Made by a program: the position numbers and the translations under genes. Shown here piece after piece: positions 54,074 to 64,000 of a stretch of 64,000 nt of DNA (positions are counted from its first letter, which is position 1; each line of letters begins with the position of its first letter). Under the pieces are notes generated by a model. The model searched no databases. It had not been told where the DNA came from and was given only the letters and a program-made list of their open reading frames with translations. Source of the DNA: an uncultured Nitrososphaeraceae archaeon (GTDB lineage Archaea > Thermoproteota > Nitrososphaeria > Nitrososphaerales > Nitrososphaeraceae); the NCBI GenBank assembly GCA_963779615.1, contig CAVZZA010000001.1, forward strand, positions 416,001-480,000. The letters are read 5' to 3'.

Positions 54074-55139
54074 TCATAACCTTGATTTGCATTTGGTATT
54101 TTAACAATAATAAAATGATACTTTAGAAGCGCTTCTGGAGAAGATCTTCGCAAACGCCGTATAAAGGAATAAAAAAAAGATAAAAAAAAGAGGCATTAAT
54201 ATAGAGCAAATATCATCATTTCTAGACCGAAAAGGTACAACGCAGTATAAGAAAGTATCAGGCTTGATAGACTCTATGATAACGAACAAGCATCACTCAA
54301 TCCAATAGAACATCAACTCATGTTAAACGAGTGGAATGTCTTTATTTCTTGACCTCCCTTATAGTAATACTTTTGCAAACGCATTACATAGGTTATTGAT
54401 GAGTAGTTGTTTTCAATCAATTCATCTGGAAAATAGACACAGAGAGAAAGCCAGAAAAGTATCCTCCCAGAAGAAAAAGAAAAATGATCAATGAATGTTT
54501 TTTTTATGTGTAAAAGGATAAAAACTCTTGTCATGGTTGATTCAAAGCATAACTGGTTATGGGAGGTTGTTACTTAACAAAAAGATATTACTATTTAATG
54601 AACATGTTTATTGTTCATCTTTCCTTTTGTCTTTGATTGATATATATGGCAAACATCCAGTTTCCACGAAAGGTGATGGTGTGGGACACTCCATCCTCAT
54701 GCCTAAAAAACCCTGAAGATAAAATGATCATCATCACTATCGTTTAAAAATGTATTATTGGGAGTTATTCGGTATATCCAACAATAAGATGGAATAATGC
54801 TTTAATAATTACTTTCTATCCAGTTAAAAAGAACAGGTTTAAATTAATACATGTAACATATGGGTATCTGTATTTGCTATTATTATTATAATAATAATAT
54901 ATTGAGTTAACAGTGCCTATTTTAGGGCATTACAGCCTAATCTAAATCAATAAAATAACAATTAATTAACAGCATTTATTATTTTTCAATTTTATTGAAG
55001 ATCCTAAATAATGCCAATAATAAAATCAATCACATTTTCGATGCCACTTTTTACTATGATCAAATGTTCTGATCAAAAGATATGATCGAAAGAACAGCTT
55101 TTTATAAATACTTGGTCAACATTGTTCTATTCGATAATA

Positions 55140-55418
55140 ATGAAATATAGAAGTAGAACAGAAATAACTGTGTTAATTCTAGAAGCAGCAAATGGGGGAG
55201 CCACCAAGACAAAAATCATGTACAAATCATTCCTTTCATATGCACAGTTAAAAGAGTACTTTTCAATGTTGATAGAGAATGCATTGATAGAATATGAGGA
55301 TGGAACACAAAAGTACAGGACAACAGAAAAAGGTTTGCAGCTATTAAAAATATATAATCAGATAGAAGAATTAATTCCAAATACCATCAATTCGTCAATA
55401 CACAAAGAGCCTTTTTAA
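55140..55418 (+). CDS. winged-helix transcriptional regulator, copy 2
   Basis: 55056-55390 identical by eye to 53337-53671; different C-terminal tail. Confidence 0.9.
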   Translation: MKYRSRTEITVLILEAANGGATKTKIMYKSFLSYAQLKEYFSMLIENALIEYEDGTQKYRTTEKGLQLLKIYNQIEELIPNTINSSIHKEPF

Positions 55419-56278
55419 ATCTCTTTCTTTTTATTTATTTTTTTAATCTAAAAATTTAAGCCTTATTATTCTGATTGTTATCTTATATCATAATATCCAT
55501 AACTATTTAATTCATTATTACTAATAATAAAACTTGGAGAAGATTATCAGATTATTGAAAATTATTGATAGCAAATATCTTAAATTGCTTTGCTGCATAA
55601 TTAGGCCACAGATTTATCCCTCGTTCTAATACACTACATTCAATCAATCTATACAATTCTGTGTTCAGAACAATCTTTTTTATAATATTTGGAGACTCCA
55701 TTGCAGAGACACTTTTCCAAATATCTCCTCATGGCCAAAAATTTCAAATTCGGTCATCATTTACTAATGGACTTTGGGTCCTCCTTTCTCTTCTTCCTCT
55801 TTACCTAGAAGAATCCTTTGTTTTAGAAAATGAGATGATAGAGTTCTTTTTGCTATATTGATTTCCGGTTGAACCTATTTTCCTCCCAGATACTTAAAAT
55901 TAAAATTAATATTTAGGCTTCATCGGCCAAAAAATTTAATCTTGCCATTTTAGGTTGTTTTAAATGTCCTAATGATTTTTTCATTACTTGACAATCATAA
56001 TGTATCTTTTCATTTCTGTAAATTCTAAAGCAAGGTCCCTCGTTTTTTGTATTTTCTGTGCACTTTATTTTTATCCATGATTTTTTCCCCATCTTCCCAC
56101 TATAAATTTGAAAAGTCATAGGTAAAGAGGATCTCTCAATATCTTATAGGAGAACAACTTAATGAAGTCCAACATGTCATGTCTTGAAAGATGGTCTTGC
56201 GAAATGGAATTGATTGCTTTAATAAGATAAAATGGTAAAATTATGCAACAAAGCAACTTAATTCTAAAAAATTCATAG

Positions 56279-56539
56279 TCAGTTATTATTTATGTGGGGG
56301 ATTATCTCTTCTATCTGATTATATATTTTTAATAACTGCAAACCTTTTTCTGTTGTCCTGTACATGTTTAGCATTCCATCCTCATATTCTATCAATGCAT
56401 TCTCTATCAACATTGAAAAGTACTCTTTTAACTGTGCATATGAAAGGAATGATTTGTACATGATTTTTGTCTTGGTGGCTCCCCCATTTGCTGCTTCTAG
56501 AATTAACACAGTTATTTCTGTTCTACTTCTATATTTCAT
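56279..56539 (-). CDS. winged-helix transcriptional regulator, copy 3 (inverted)
   Basis: 56374-56614 is the reverse complement of copies 1 and 2; wing GMLNMYR instead of GTQKYR, distinct tail. Confidence 0.9.
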   Translation of the reverse strand: MKYRSRTEITVLILEAANGGATKTKIMYKSFLSYAQLKEYFSMLIENALIEYEDGMLNMYRTTEKGLQLLKIYNQIEEIIPHINNN

Positions 56540-57069
56540 TATTATCGAATAGAACAATGTTGACCAAGTATTTATAAAAAGCTGTTCTTTCGATCATATC
56601 TTTTGATCAGAACACTTTATTAGTTAAATTTTTTCAAATATTTTTCATAAGTTGTGTTGTTTGAATATCAGTCAAAGATCATACCTTCCAAATGTAACCA
56701 AGTTACAGAAGAATAAGAAAGGAGATGTAAAACAATAAAGGCAACAATATCAATAATAACAATATATTTATTTATAGCAAAATTCATACATATTGCCTAT
56801 ACAATCCTTGTAACTTTTTAATAATATGCTAGACTTGTCTTTATTTTCTTTATAAAGAATTTGATATAGGGGAGTATAAAGTAAGAAGCATTGAATTTTT
56901 TTACAAAAGAGTAATAAAATACTCTGAATAATTTCACTTGAGTGTACATATTTAATAAGCCTGTTTTGTCTGGATATACCAAAGTGTTACTTTAATACAC
57001 ACTACATAATTCATGTTGAAGGTAAAAAAATCAGATATGTTATATATAGAGAAAATCTAATAAATCAAA

Positions 57070-58083
57070 TTGCCTCCAACTAATTATGAAGAATATATTA
57101 CAGCTACAATTATTGCGTCCGTTATTTCCTTTTTAATACCTATAATCTTTATGCCCGCTTTTATCAAACTTCTCTCCTCAAAAGGATCTGTAGTAAATGA
57201 TAACCATAAACCCAATAAACCAAAGATCCCAAGGCCTGGTGGCCCCATTTTATTATCAAGCATTATTGCAGGAGAATTAATTCTATTTTTAATAACTGGT
57301 TTTTATGAAATTATAGGCATAATTATTACTACTTTTATAGCATTTGTGATTGGAATTGTTGACGATTTTAGAATAATGCCTGGATGGTTTAAACCTGTTG
57401 CTTTAATATTGGCTTCAATACCTCTTATAGTGTTTCATGTGCATGAAAACCAATTGAATGTTATTTTTGGCAATGTGTTTATACCATTATTATACATTCC
57501 ATTGATACTAATTGCAATACCATTAGTTGGAAATACGATAAATTCAATTGATGTATTTAATGGAGTTGCTACTGGATTTTTAATTATAACAATGTTTCCT
57601 TTATTAATAAGCACATTGCTATTCGGAAAACCCGAAATTTTTTTAATAGAGTTACCATTTTTTGCTACTTTATTGGGGTTTTATCGATTTCATAAGTATC
57701 CTAGTAAAATATTCCCGGGAGATTCAGGTACATTGCTAATGGGAGCAATGTATGGATCTTTTGCTATTGCTTCCAAGTCCGAGATTATTGCAATAATAGC
57801 ATTATTGCCCGCAATAATGAATTCCTTTTTATTTTTAAGCAGTGTTAAAAAAATTGTTGAACATCGACAGTTAAAAGCAAGACCAACTATCCTTAAAGAC
57901 GATTACAGACTTGAAGCTTCTAAAGAAAAAGATGCACCCATTACATTAGTAAGGTTAATTTTGTTGGATGGCTCACTTTCAGAAAAACAAATAGTAAACA
58001 AGATCTATAAATTGGGAATTTTTTCATCCTCTTTATCTATTATTACAATTTTATTACAATATTTTATATTAAACATAAAATGA
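57070..58083 (+). CDS. aglH: UDP-GlcNAc:dolichol-phosphate GlcNAc-1-phosphotransferase (MraY/AglH family)
   Basis: PRPGG, GIVDD, NSIDVFNG and YPSKIFPGDSGT motifs. Confidence 0.88.
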   Translation: MPPTNYEEYITATIIASVISFLIPIIFMPAFIKLLSSKGSVVNDNHKPNKPKIPRPGGPILLSSIIAGELILFLITGFYEIIGIIITTFIAFVIGIVDDFRIMPGWFKPVALILASIPLIVFHVHENQLNVIFGNVFIPLLYIPLILIAIPLVGNTINSIDVFNGVATGFLIITMFPLLISTLLFGKPEIFLIELPFFATLLGFYRFHKYPSKIFPGDSGTLLMGAMYGSFAIASKSEIIAIIALLPAIMNSFLFLSSVKKIVEHRQLKARPTILKDDYRLEASKEKDAPITLVRLILLDGSLSEKQIVNKIYKLGIFSSSLSIITILLQYFILNIK

Positions 58084-58352
58084 CAAAGTTAAAAAAAATG
58101 AAGTTTTTGGATCTTAGGTATTTTATTTTGTTTATGTGGGGATTGGTTCTGATAGCTTGTATTTCCATTATTTTTATTATAGCTCCGTTAAGTAAACATC
58201 AAATATACCAACTAAACTCACTAATAACCTTACAAACTTCTATTATTCAAGCGATTTTAGCAGTTATAATAGTAGGCCTATTGATATACTTACTAAATAA
58301 ATTTAAAAAAATATATCTTTTTAAAAAATTATTGGATAAAGAAAAAGATTAA
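58080..58352 (+). CDS. small two-TM membrane protein
   Basis: ATGA overlap with aglH; two hydrophobic helices. Confidence 0.65.
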   Translation: MTKLKKMKFLDLRYFILFMWGLVLIACISIIFIIAPLSKHQIYQLNSLITLQTSIIQAILAVIIVGLLIYLLNKFKKIYLFKKLLDKEKD

Positions 58353-58564
58353 TCTAATTCTGCCTTATATATTTGGATTATCTTGGAAAATCCTTTTTCT
58401 TCTACAAAATTCCATGTTTTTCCACAAATTGGACATGTAATTATTTTGTCATTCGAGGTAAATTCAAGTTGATAGTGACTACATCGGATCTGATATTCAT
58501 ATTTTAAAGATTCCAACTCTTTTATTGTACTAATATCCCTGACAGAGTTTTCTGTCAATACCAT
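58349..58564 (-). CDS. small zinc-ribbon protein
   Basis: CSH...CPICG motif. Confidence 0.65.
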   Translation of the reverse strand: MVLTENSVRDISTIKELESLKYEYQIRCSHYQLEFTSNDKIITCPICGKTWNFVEEKGFSKIIQIYKAELD

Positions 58565-58741
58565 TTTTTGATACTTGTATAATATAATCTATTATCATTA
58601 ATTTATTAAGTAAAATAAATTTAATGACCTATGTAAATATTTATTTCATTTTCTAATTGAAAATTATTAAAGTATATAAATTATAAATTATCTAACATAA
58701 TTTCCCACATCTATATATATTGACAATGTTCAATCTTCTTA

Positions 58742-59824
58742 TTGGATAATGTAAATTCGGATATTAGAAAAATTCAGTTTACAGGGAGATCCACCTACAT
58801 TTTGTCATTACCTAAAAAATGGATTGAAGAGATGAAGCTAAAAGCTGGCGATCATGTTTCAATATCTAGAAATTCAAATAACTCATTATGCATTACACCA
58901 GAGCAGGAAAAAAAGATACATGATTCAATAGATGAAGTTACAACTTTAGTTTTAATTGATGAAGGTCCAAATACATTAAAAAGAAAAATAGTGTCGATTT
59001 ATCTGTCAGGCTATAATTTAATTAATCTGAAATCAAAAATAGGAAGAATTCAACCAGTGCAAAGAGAAGCAGTTAGAGAAATAGTACAAAGAAGCTTGAT
59101 TGGAACAGAAATCATTGCAGATTCAGCTGATATAATTACAATCCAAGTTTTATTAACATTACCTGAATTATCGGTTAACACTGCAGTAAGAAGAATGTTT
59201 TTGATAGCATCTTCAATGCATAAAGACGTCATAATTGCACTAAAAGAAAAAAGTTCTGAAATAGCAAATGGGGTGATTGAGTCAGATGATGAAGTGGATA
59301 GATTCAGCTTATACATAATGAGAAATTTAGTAATGGCCACAAATAATGAAAGAATTTTGCAAGAGATAGGATTAAAAAACCCCTCAGATTGCTTGAGTTA
59401 TAGGGTTACTGTAAAAAGTATTGAAAGAGTGGCCGACCATGCGACTAGAATTGCAATAAAGTCCATGGAAATTCATAGCACTATTCCTGTTAAAACAATG
59501 GAGAAACTTGAAAAATTAAGTAGTTTGGCATTAGATGTATTAACCTCGTCTGTGGAAGCATTCTTGAGAAGAGATTATAATTTAGCAGATAAAATAGCCG
59601 ATAAATCGGAAAACGTGTTAAACTTTGAAAAAGAATCCATGAAGTTTTTTGATTCTCTAGAAAACAAAACTGCAAACAATCAAAATACAAGTGCTAATAT
59701 TAAATTAATATTAGAAGATATTCGTAGAACTGTAGAACATGCTAGCGATATTGCAGAATCTGCCATGAATCAAACTGTAGGAGAGGTAATTAAAATAGAA
59801 AAAAAATTAGGTATTACTTTGTAG
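58742..59824 (+). CDS. phoU: PhoU-family phosphate uptake regulator with AbrB-type N-terminus
   Basis: RKIQFTG.STYILSLPKKW, DDEVDRF, ERVADHA and HASDIAE motifs. Confidence 0.92.
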   Translation: MDNVNSDIRKIQFTGRSTYILSLPKKWIEEMKLKAGDHVSISRNSNNSLCITPEQEKKIHDSIDEVTTLVLIDEGPNTLKRKIVSIYLSGYNLINLKSKIGRIQPVQREAVREIVQRSLIGTEIIADSADIITIQVLLTLPELSVNTAVRRMFLIASSMHKDVIIALKEKSSEIANGVIESDDEVDRFSLYIMRNLVMATNNERILQEIGLKNPSDCLSYRVTVKSIERVADHATRIAIKSMEIHSTIPVKTMEKLEKLSSLALDVLTSSVEAFLRRDYNLADKIADKSENVLNFEKESMKFFDSLENKTANNQNTSANIKLILEDIRRTVEHASDIAESAMNQTVGEVIKIEKKLGITL

Positions 59825-60029
59825 GTAGATTTCATTTATTTTAAAACAAAGAATACAATGGACATTGCAATTATCATGCAGACATATTGATTGAAGAGAA
59901 TTGCAATTAAAACACCATACTTGTTTATTCATAACGTAAAAAAAATAGTAATCATTATAAATATTACGAATAATTAGATCTTAAATTACTTTACAATTAA
60001 TTGTTAAAATTTAAAATAAAAAATAAATA

Positions 60030-60368
60030 TTAAAGGGCAGTTTCTCCTCTTGACTTTGTCCTTATATCAACCGCTTCTTGAATATCAGATATAAAGATTT
60101 TTCCACCAATTTTATTACTTAATTGATCTAATAAGCTTGTGATAATAGTCTCCACCATTTCGTCTTTAACCACAGTTTCAACCTTTGTTCTTGGAATAAA
60201 TTCCGGAGTATATTGCATAGTACCTCGTCCAATTGAGACTGGCTCGGCTTTAGTTTTTCCTTTTCCTTCAATACGGTAGTGGTTCATTCCTCCAATATTT
60301 TTATCCTTAAAAATTCCACTAACTGTTTGCAATTCCCTATCCGGTATAATTATCTCAATTTTTTTCAT
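60030..60368 (-). CDS. glnB: P-II nitrogen regulatory protein
   Basis: MKKIEIII, G.GK, GGKIFISD...AVDIRT..RGE.AL. Confidence 0.9.
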   Translation of the reverse strand: MKKIEIIIPDRELQTVSGIFKDKNIGGMNHYRIEGKGKTKAEPVSIGRGTMQYTPEFIPRTKVETVVKDEMVETIITSLLDQLSNKIGGKIFISDIQEAVDIRTKSRGETAL

Positions 60369-60788
60369 TATTACTAATCAACCATCCTCTCTTTTATATA
60401 AGAAGTTTAAATGATCAATGTGTTCTTTGCATTGCACTGCAATATTATCATAAAAAAGGCTAAATATATAATATTTATAAATTAATACATACTTGTATAT
60501 CATTCCAATATAAAAGGATTTAAAGAAAATTAATGGTTTTAATTAATAAAATGGTTGTTTGTAATAGTATTTTACAATAGATTGCCCTGGGTTAATTATC
60601 AAATTCTGATTCCTCTCCGTTTAAATAAGATTTGCAAAAAACGTCACCGTTTACTTATTACCAGCTTTACATTTTACAATTTGATTTTTACTTTAGTTAG
60701 TTTCTAAAAGAACACTATTTTATTCATGCATAATAGTTGCATTAGTAAAATACCATTAGAATTCTAAAGTGCGCATTATAAAGTATGA

Positions 60789-61883
60789 ATGTTTTATTTT
60801 CTTGTGTACATATCAAATACAACACGTACTTTTGCAATCGTATTTTTGTTCATAACCTTGGTTTACTTTTTTCCTTCTAAAGCTATCGTTTCATACGAAA
60901 TATCAAATTCAAAGCCTGATAATTCATTTATTACAAAAACTACTGATTGTATAACCAGTATGATGACAAGTACTATTATCGGTACCGAAGCTGATTGTTT
61001 TAATATTTTGGATATAAAAGATTACAATTCTAAATATAATATCAGTGCGATAAATGATAGTAATTCTCCAAGTAAAAATAACTCATTTTACTTTAATTTT
61101 CAGAATATGCAAAATAAAACTAATGCTAATACCTCTGCCATCCCAATAGGAGCAATAAATCCGGTGAATACCAGCCCTGTCAGCAGCAGTTCTGCTGCCC
61201 CTCCTTTACCACCACCGGATAACCCCTCAACATTAGCGAATCCGGTGAATACCAGCCCTGTCAGCAGCAGTTCTGCTGCCCCTCCTTTACCACCACCGGA
61301 TAACCCCTCAACATTAGCGAATCCGGTGAATACCAGCCCTGTCAGCAGCAGTTCTGCTGCCCCTCCTTTACCACCACCGGATAACCCCTCAACATTAGCG
61401 AATCCGGTGAATACCAGCCCTGTCAGCAGCAGTTCTGCTGCCCCTCCTTTACCACCACCGGATAACCCATTAGAATCTATTACTTCTCAGCAACAAGACC
61501 AAAATCTACCTTCTGCTAATTCCTCAGCTAAAGACACGAACAATGACAACAATTCATCTGATGACGGAAATGACAACAATTCATCTGATGACGGAAATGA
61601 CAACAATTCATCTGATGACGGAAATGACAACAATTCATCTGATGACGGAAATGACAACAATTCATCTGATGACGGAAATGACAACAATTCATCTGATGAC
61701 GGAAATGACAATTCAGTGAATACCAGCCCTGTCAGCAGTTCTGCTGCCCCTCCTTTACCACCATTAGATAACCCATCAGCTAAAGACACGAACAATGACA
61801 ACAATTCATCTGATGACAATGATGACAATGATGACAATGATGACTCTGATGACAATGATGACGGAGATGACAATGATGATTAA
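60789..61883 (+). CDS. exported low-complexity repeat protein (Pro/Ser and Asp/Asn repeats)
   Basis: N-terminal TM/signal region followed by in-frame tandem repeats. Confidence 0.75.
   Translation: MFYFLVYISNTTRTFAIVFLFITLVYFFPSKAIVSYEISNSKPDNSFITKTTDCITSMMTSTIIGTEADCFNILDIKDYNSKYNISAINDSNSPSKNNSFYFNFQNMQNKTNANTSAIPIGAINPVNTSPVSSSSAAPPLPPPDNPSTLANPVNTSPVSSSSAAPPLPPPDNPSTLANPVNTSPVSSSSAAPPLPPPDNPSTLANPVNTSPVSSSSAAPPLPPPDNPLESITSQQQDQNLPSANSSAKDTNNDNNSSDDGNDNNSSDDGNDNNSSDDGNDNNSSDDGNDNNSSDDGNDNNSSDDGNDNSVNTSPVSSSAAPPLPPLDNPSAKDTNNDNNSSDDNDDNDDNDDSDDNDDGDDNDD
61158..61468 (+). repeat. 81-bp tandem repeat, about 3.8 copies
   Basis: Units start at 61158, 61239, 61320 and 61401; encode NPVNTSPVSSSSAAPPLPPPDNPSTLA. 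Confidence 0.95.
61542..61703 (+). repeat. 27-bp tandem repeat, 6 copies
   Basis: AATGACAACAATTCATCTGATGACGGA x6, encoding NDNNSSDDG. Confidence 0.95.
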
Positions 61884-62062
61884 CCTATTAATGAATAGAC
61901 GATAGGAAGTTGTCCATGTTTTAATATTTTTTATTTCTTATAATGATTTATATGGTTCAGAAAAAATTAATCGCGTTAAAGATAATATAGCATCTTTAAT
62001 TTTTATTTGTCTTTGATTCAGAATACCTTTATAGCGAATATAAATATAAAATAAAATGCTAG

Positions 62063-62293
62063 CTAATCTGTTGCAATTATAACTATGTTCTCTCCTTTGA
62101 TAAATATTTCTCCCATTTCTTGGGTTTGATCTTTTAAGATTTCTGTAGCATTTTCTATTGTTAAATTCATATATTGATCAAAACTTTTTAGTTTTCCTTT
62201 CAGAGTTCTTTTTCCTTTTAATTTGATGGTTATATTTTTATGTAAACTGCCTTGCAAAATATTGGATTGATTGTTCTGAGGTGATGATGACAA
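62063..62293 (-). CDS. Sm-like (Lsm/SmAP) RNA-binding protein
   Basis: GKLKSFDQYMNL Sm1 and IFIKGENIV Sm2 motifs. Confidence 0.92.
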   Translation of the reverse strand: MSSSPQNNQSNILQGSLHKNITIKLKGKRTLKGKLKSFDQYMNLTIENATEILKDQTQEMGEIFIKGENIVIIATD

Positions 62294-62363
62294 TAAAGGA
62301 TAAAACTATTTTTTGTTATTTAGGTTTAACTTAATTGCCATGTATTAAACGAAACAAGAATGG

Positions 62364-62681
62364 TTATATCCATGACCAGGGCTCAATTCCACGCAGTTCA
62401 CATTGTTTTCTTATTATCATCTTTGAGCGATTAATTGATTCTTCTTCGCTCATAGTGCCTTTTTTTAAATACTGTATAAATACTTCTTCAAATAGTTTTT
62501 TTGCTCTTTCCTCATTGAATTCCTTATAACTTTTTGACTTTACATAATTCTCTTTCTTTATATCCGTCTTATCGCTATTTTCTGGTTTTATCATATTGGT
62601 TCCTTTTAAAATGTTATATTCTTCCTTACATAGATGGCAACTCCACTCAAAAAAAAAATTATGAATGTTGCATTTGGTCAC
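62364..62681 (-). CDS. hypothetical protein
   Basis: N-terminal CxxH...CxxC and C-terminal PWSWI. Confidence 0.65.
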   Translation of the reverse strand: MTKCNIHNFFFEWSCHLCKEEYNILKGTNMIKPENSDKTDIKKENYVKSKSYKEFNEERAKKLFEEVFIQYLKKGTMSEEESINRSKMIIRKQCELRGIEPWSWI

Positions 62682-62755
62682 AATTATTAAAAAAATATAT
62701 TATTATTTAACTTTTTCATAAGATGAATACACCAAAGAAAATTGGTAAAACTGGT

Positions 62756-62829
62756 GCCATAATAGCTCAGCTTGGCAGAGCGAGGGTTTCGTAAACCCTA
62801 GGCCGTGGGTTCAAATCCCACTTATGGCT
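62756..62829 (+). tRNA. tRNA-Thr(CGT)
   Basis: Acceptor GCCATAA/TTATGGC, D arm GCTC/GAGC, anticodon arm AGGGT-TTCGTAA-ACCCT, T arm GTGGG-TTCAAAT-CCCAC; no intron and no encoded CCA. Confidence 0.96.
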
Positions 62830-62862
62830 TATAATCACAGTTATAATATGATAGTCTTTTAG

Positions 62863-63247
62863 TTATGTTACTATCAATCTTACCTGGTCCATTTTTCTAT
62901 TTCCCTGAAATTTTTTAGTCATATTTTTTATATCTTTTGAGTCGCCATAAAGTACAAAAAATCTCTAAACATCTGTCTTTATCAATTTTATTATGTATAT
63001 GTGTATTAATTATTTTGTCATAATCATGACGCATTTCACTAATTTCCTGATCGGATTTTTCATCATGAATTACCAAAAGTACTGAATGCAGGATGCCATA
63101 AAGTTCTTCAATTCTTTTTTCTTCTAAAAGTAAATTCCTCACACTGGCCCTTACAATCTCCGATCTCCCTGAAAAACCCAAAAGCTTTTGTAACTTATCT
63201 AACTCTTGAATTATATTTTCATTTAGTGAAATACTTATAATTGGCAC
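62863..63247 (-). CDS. NikR/CopG-family metal-responsive regulator, +1 frameshift near the 3' end
   Basis: IISISL...LD...GFSGRSEIVR RHH domain and H.H...CLE motif; removing one base of the run at 62956-62961 gives FVLYGDSKDIK...IVT*. Confidence 0.85.
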
Positions 63248-63411
63248 TATTTTCTATTATGTTTTTATTATATTATTTAATTTTTTCAATTCTTTTATGA
63301 ATGTTAATTAATATGGTTAATTATAATAAAATATATTTTATTAAAATATCTATCTAAGGTTATTAACAGTTATTATGAAAAGTTTATATTATTAATAACC
63401 AGAATTTCATT

Positions 63412-64000
63412 ATGAATGATAAACTTTTTTTAAATATTGTTTGCTCTTCTATATTATTCATACTTATATTTATTCCATATTTTGAATTAAAAGCGGCAGA
63501 CGCATCCAATGGGTCTACATATAACAATGCCACCAACTTGTCTGGTACTACCAGATTAAATAGTTCCGACAATAAAGATGATAAATTATCTAATACTGAG
63601 CCATTAAAAATTTTTGCTTCATTTTACCCAATTTATGACTTTGTAAAAAAAATTGGCAAAGATAAGATTGATGTCTCTGTTATAGTTCCTGCAGGTATTG
63701 AACCTCATGATTTTGAACCGACTGCCAAACAAATCATTGATATGCAAAAGGCCAGTGCCATTTTTATTAATGGAGCTGGATTTGAATCATGGCTTAATAA
63801 ATTAGATAATGTCCCTATCATTGATTTAAGCAAAGATTTACCTTTGGAAAAAAATGGGCAAAATTATAATCCTCACATATGGCTTGATCCAGTTATGGTA
63901 AAGGTACAGGCAAAAAACATAGTCGATTCTTTGACTCATTTAGATCCGCATAACAAACTCTATTATTATAGTAATTATGATCAATTTATTAAAAATCTTG
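63412..64000 (+). CDS. metal (Zn/Mn) ABC transporter substrate-binding protein, runs off the window
   Basis: Manual translation: signal peptide, ASFYPIYDF, PAGIEPHDFEP, INGAGFESW and NPHIWLDP. Confidence 0.92.
   Translation, partial: MNDKLFLNIVCSSILFILIFIPYFELKAADASNGSTYNNATNLSGTTRLNSSDNKDDKLSNTEPLKIFASFYPIYDFVKKIGKDKIDVSVIVPAGIEPHDFEPTAKQIIDMQKASAIFINGAGFESWLNKLDNVPIIDLSKDLPLEKNGQNYNPHIWLDPVMVKVQAKNIVDSLTHLDPHNKLYYYSNYDQFIKNL

Noticed and set aside
61158-61703. Tandem repeats as a possible CRISPR array
   Set aside because: No unique spacers; unit lengths are multiples of 3 inside an ORF; no cas genes

Overview
AT-rich archaeal DNA whose gene content points to an ammonia-oxidising Nitrososphaerota (Nitrososphaeraceae, Nitrosocosmicus-like); this taxonomy is inferred from protein families recognised by eye, not from a search. 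The left ~33 kb is an accessory region: secreted and membrane proteins, a Cys/Met-rich copper-storage-type protein, a BMP-family binding protein next to a Cache histidine kinase, integrase and IS5 remnants and several pseudogenes. The right ~31 kb is core: fen1, thyX, cdvA, acs, cbiE, PolD DP1/DP2, GGGP synthase, an ORB-containing replication origin beside cdc6/orc1, aglH, phoU, P-II, Lsm, tRNA-Thr(CGT), a NikR-like regulator and a metal-binding ABC protein. The strongest unexplained signals are: (1) a ~650-nt ORF-poor, extensively base-paired segment at ~22.9-23.55 kb that looks like a large structured ncRNA, followed by a TGACGG repeat array and a decayed HTH/coiled-coil gene; (2) three near-identical wHTH gene plus promoter cassettes right after cdc6 that carry 4, 3 and 2 phased TGATCA boxes. 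Several single-base homopolymer frameshifts suggest sequencing error.
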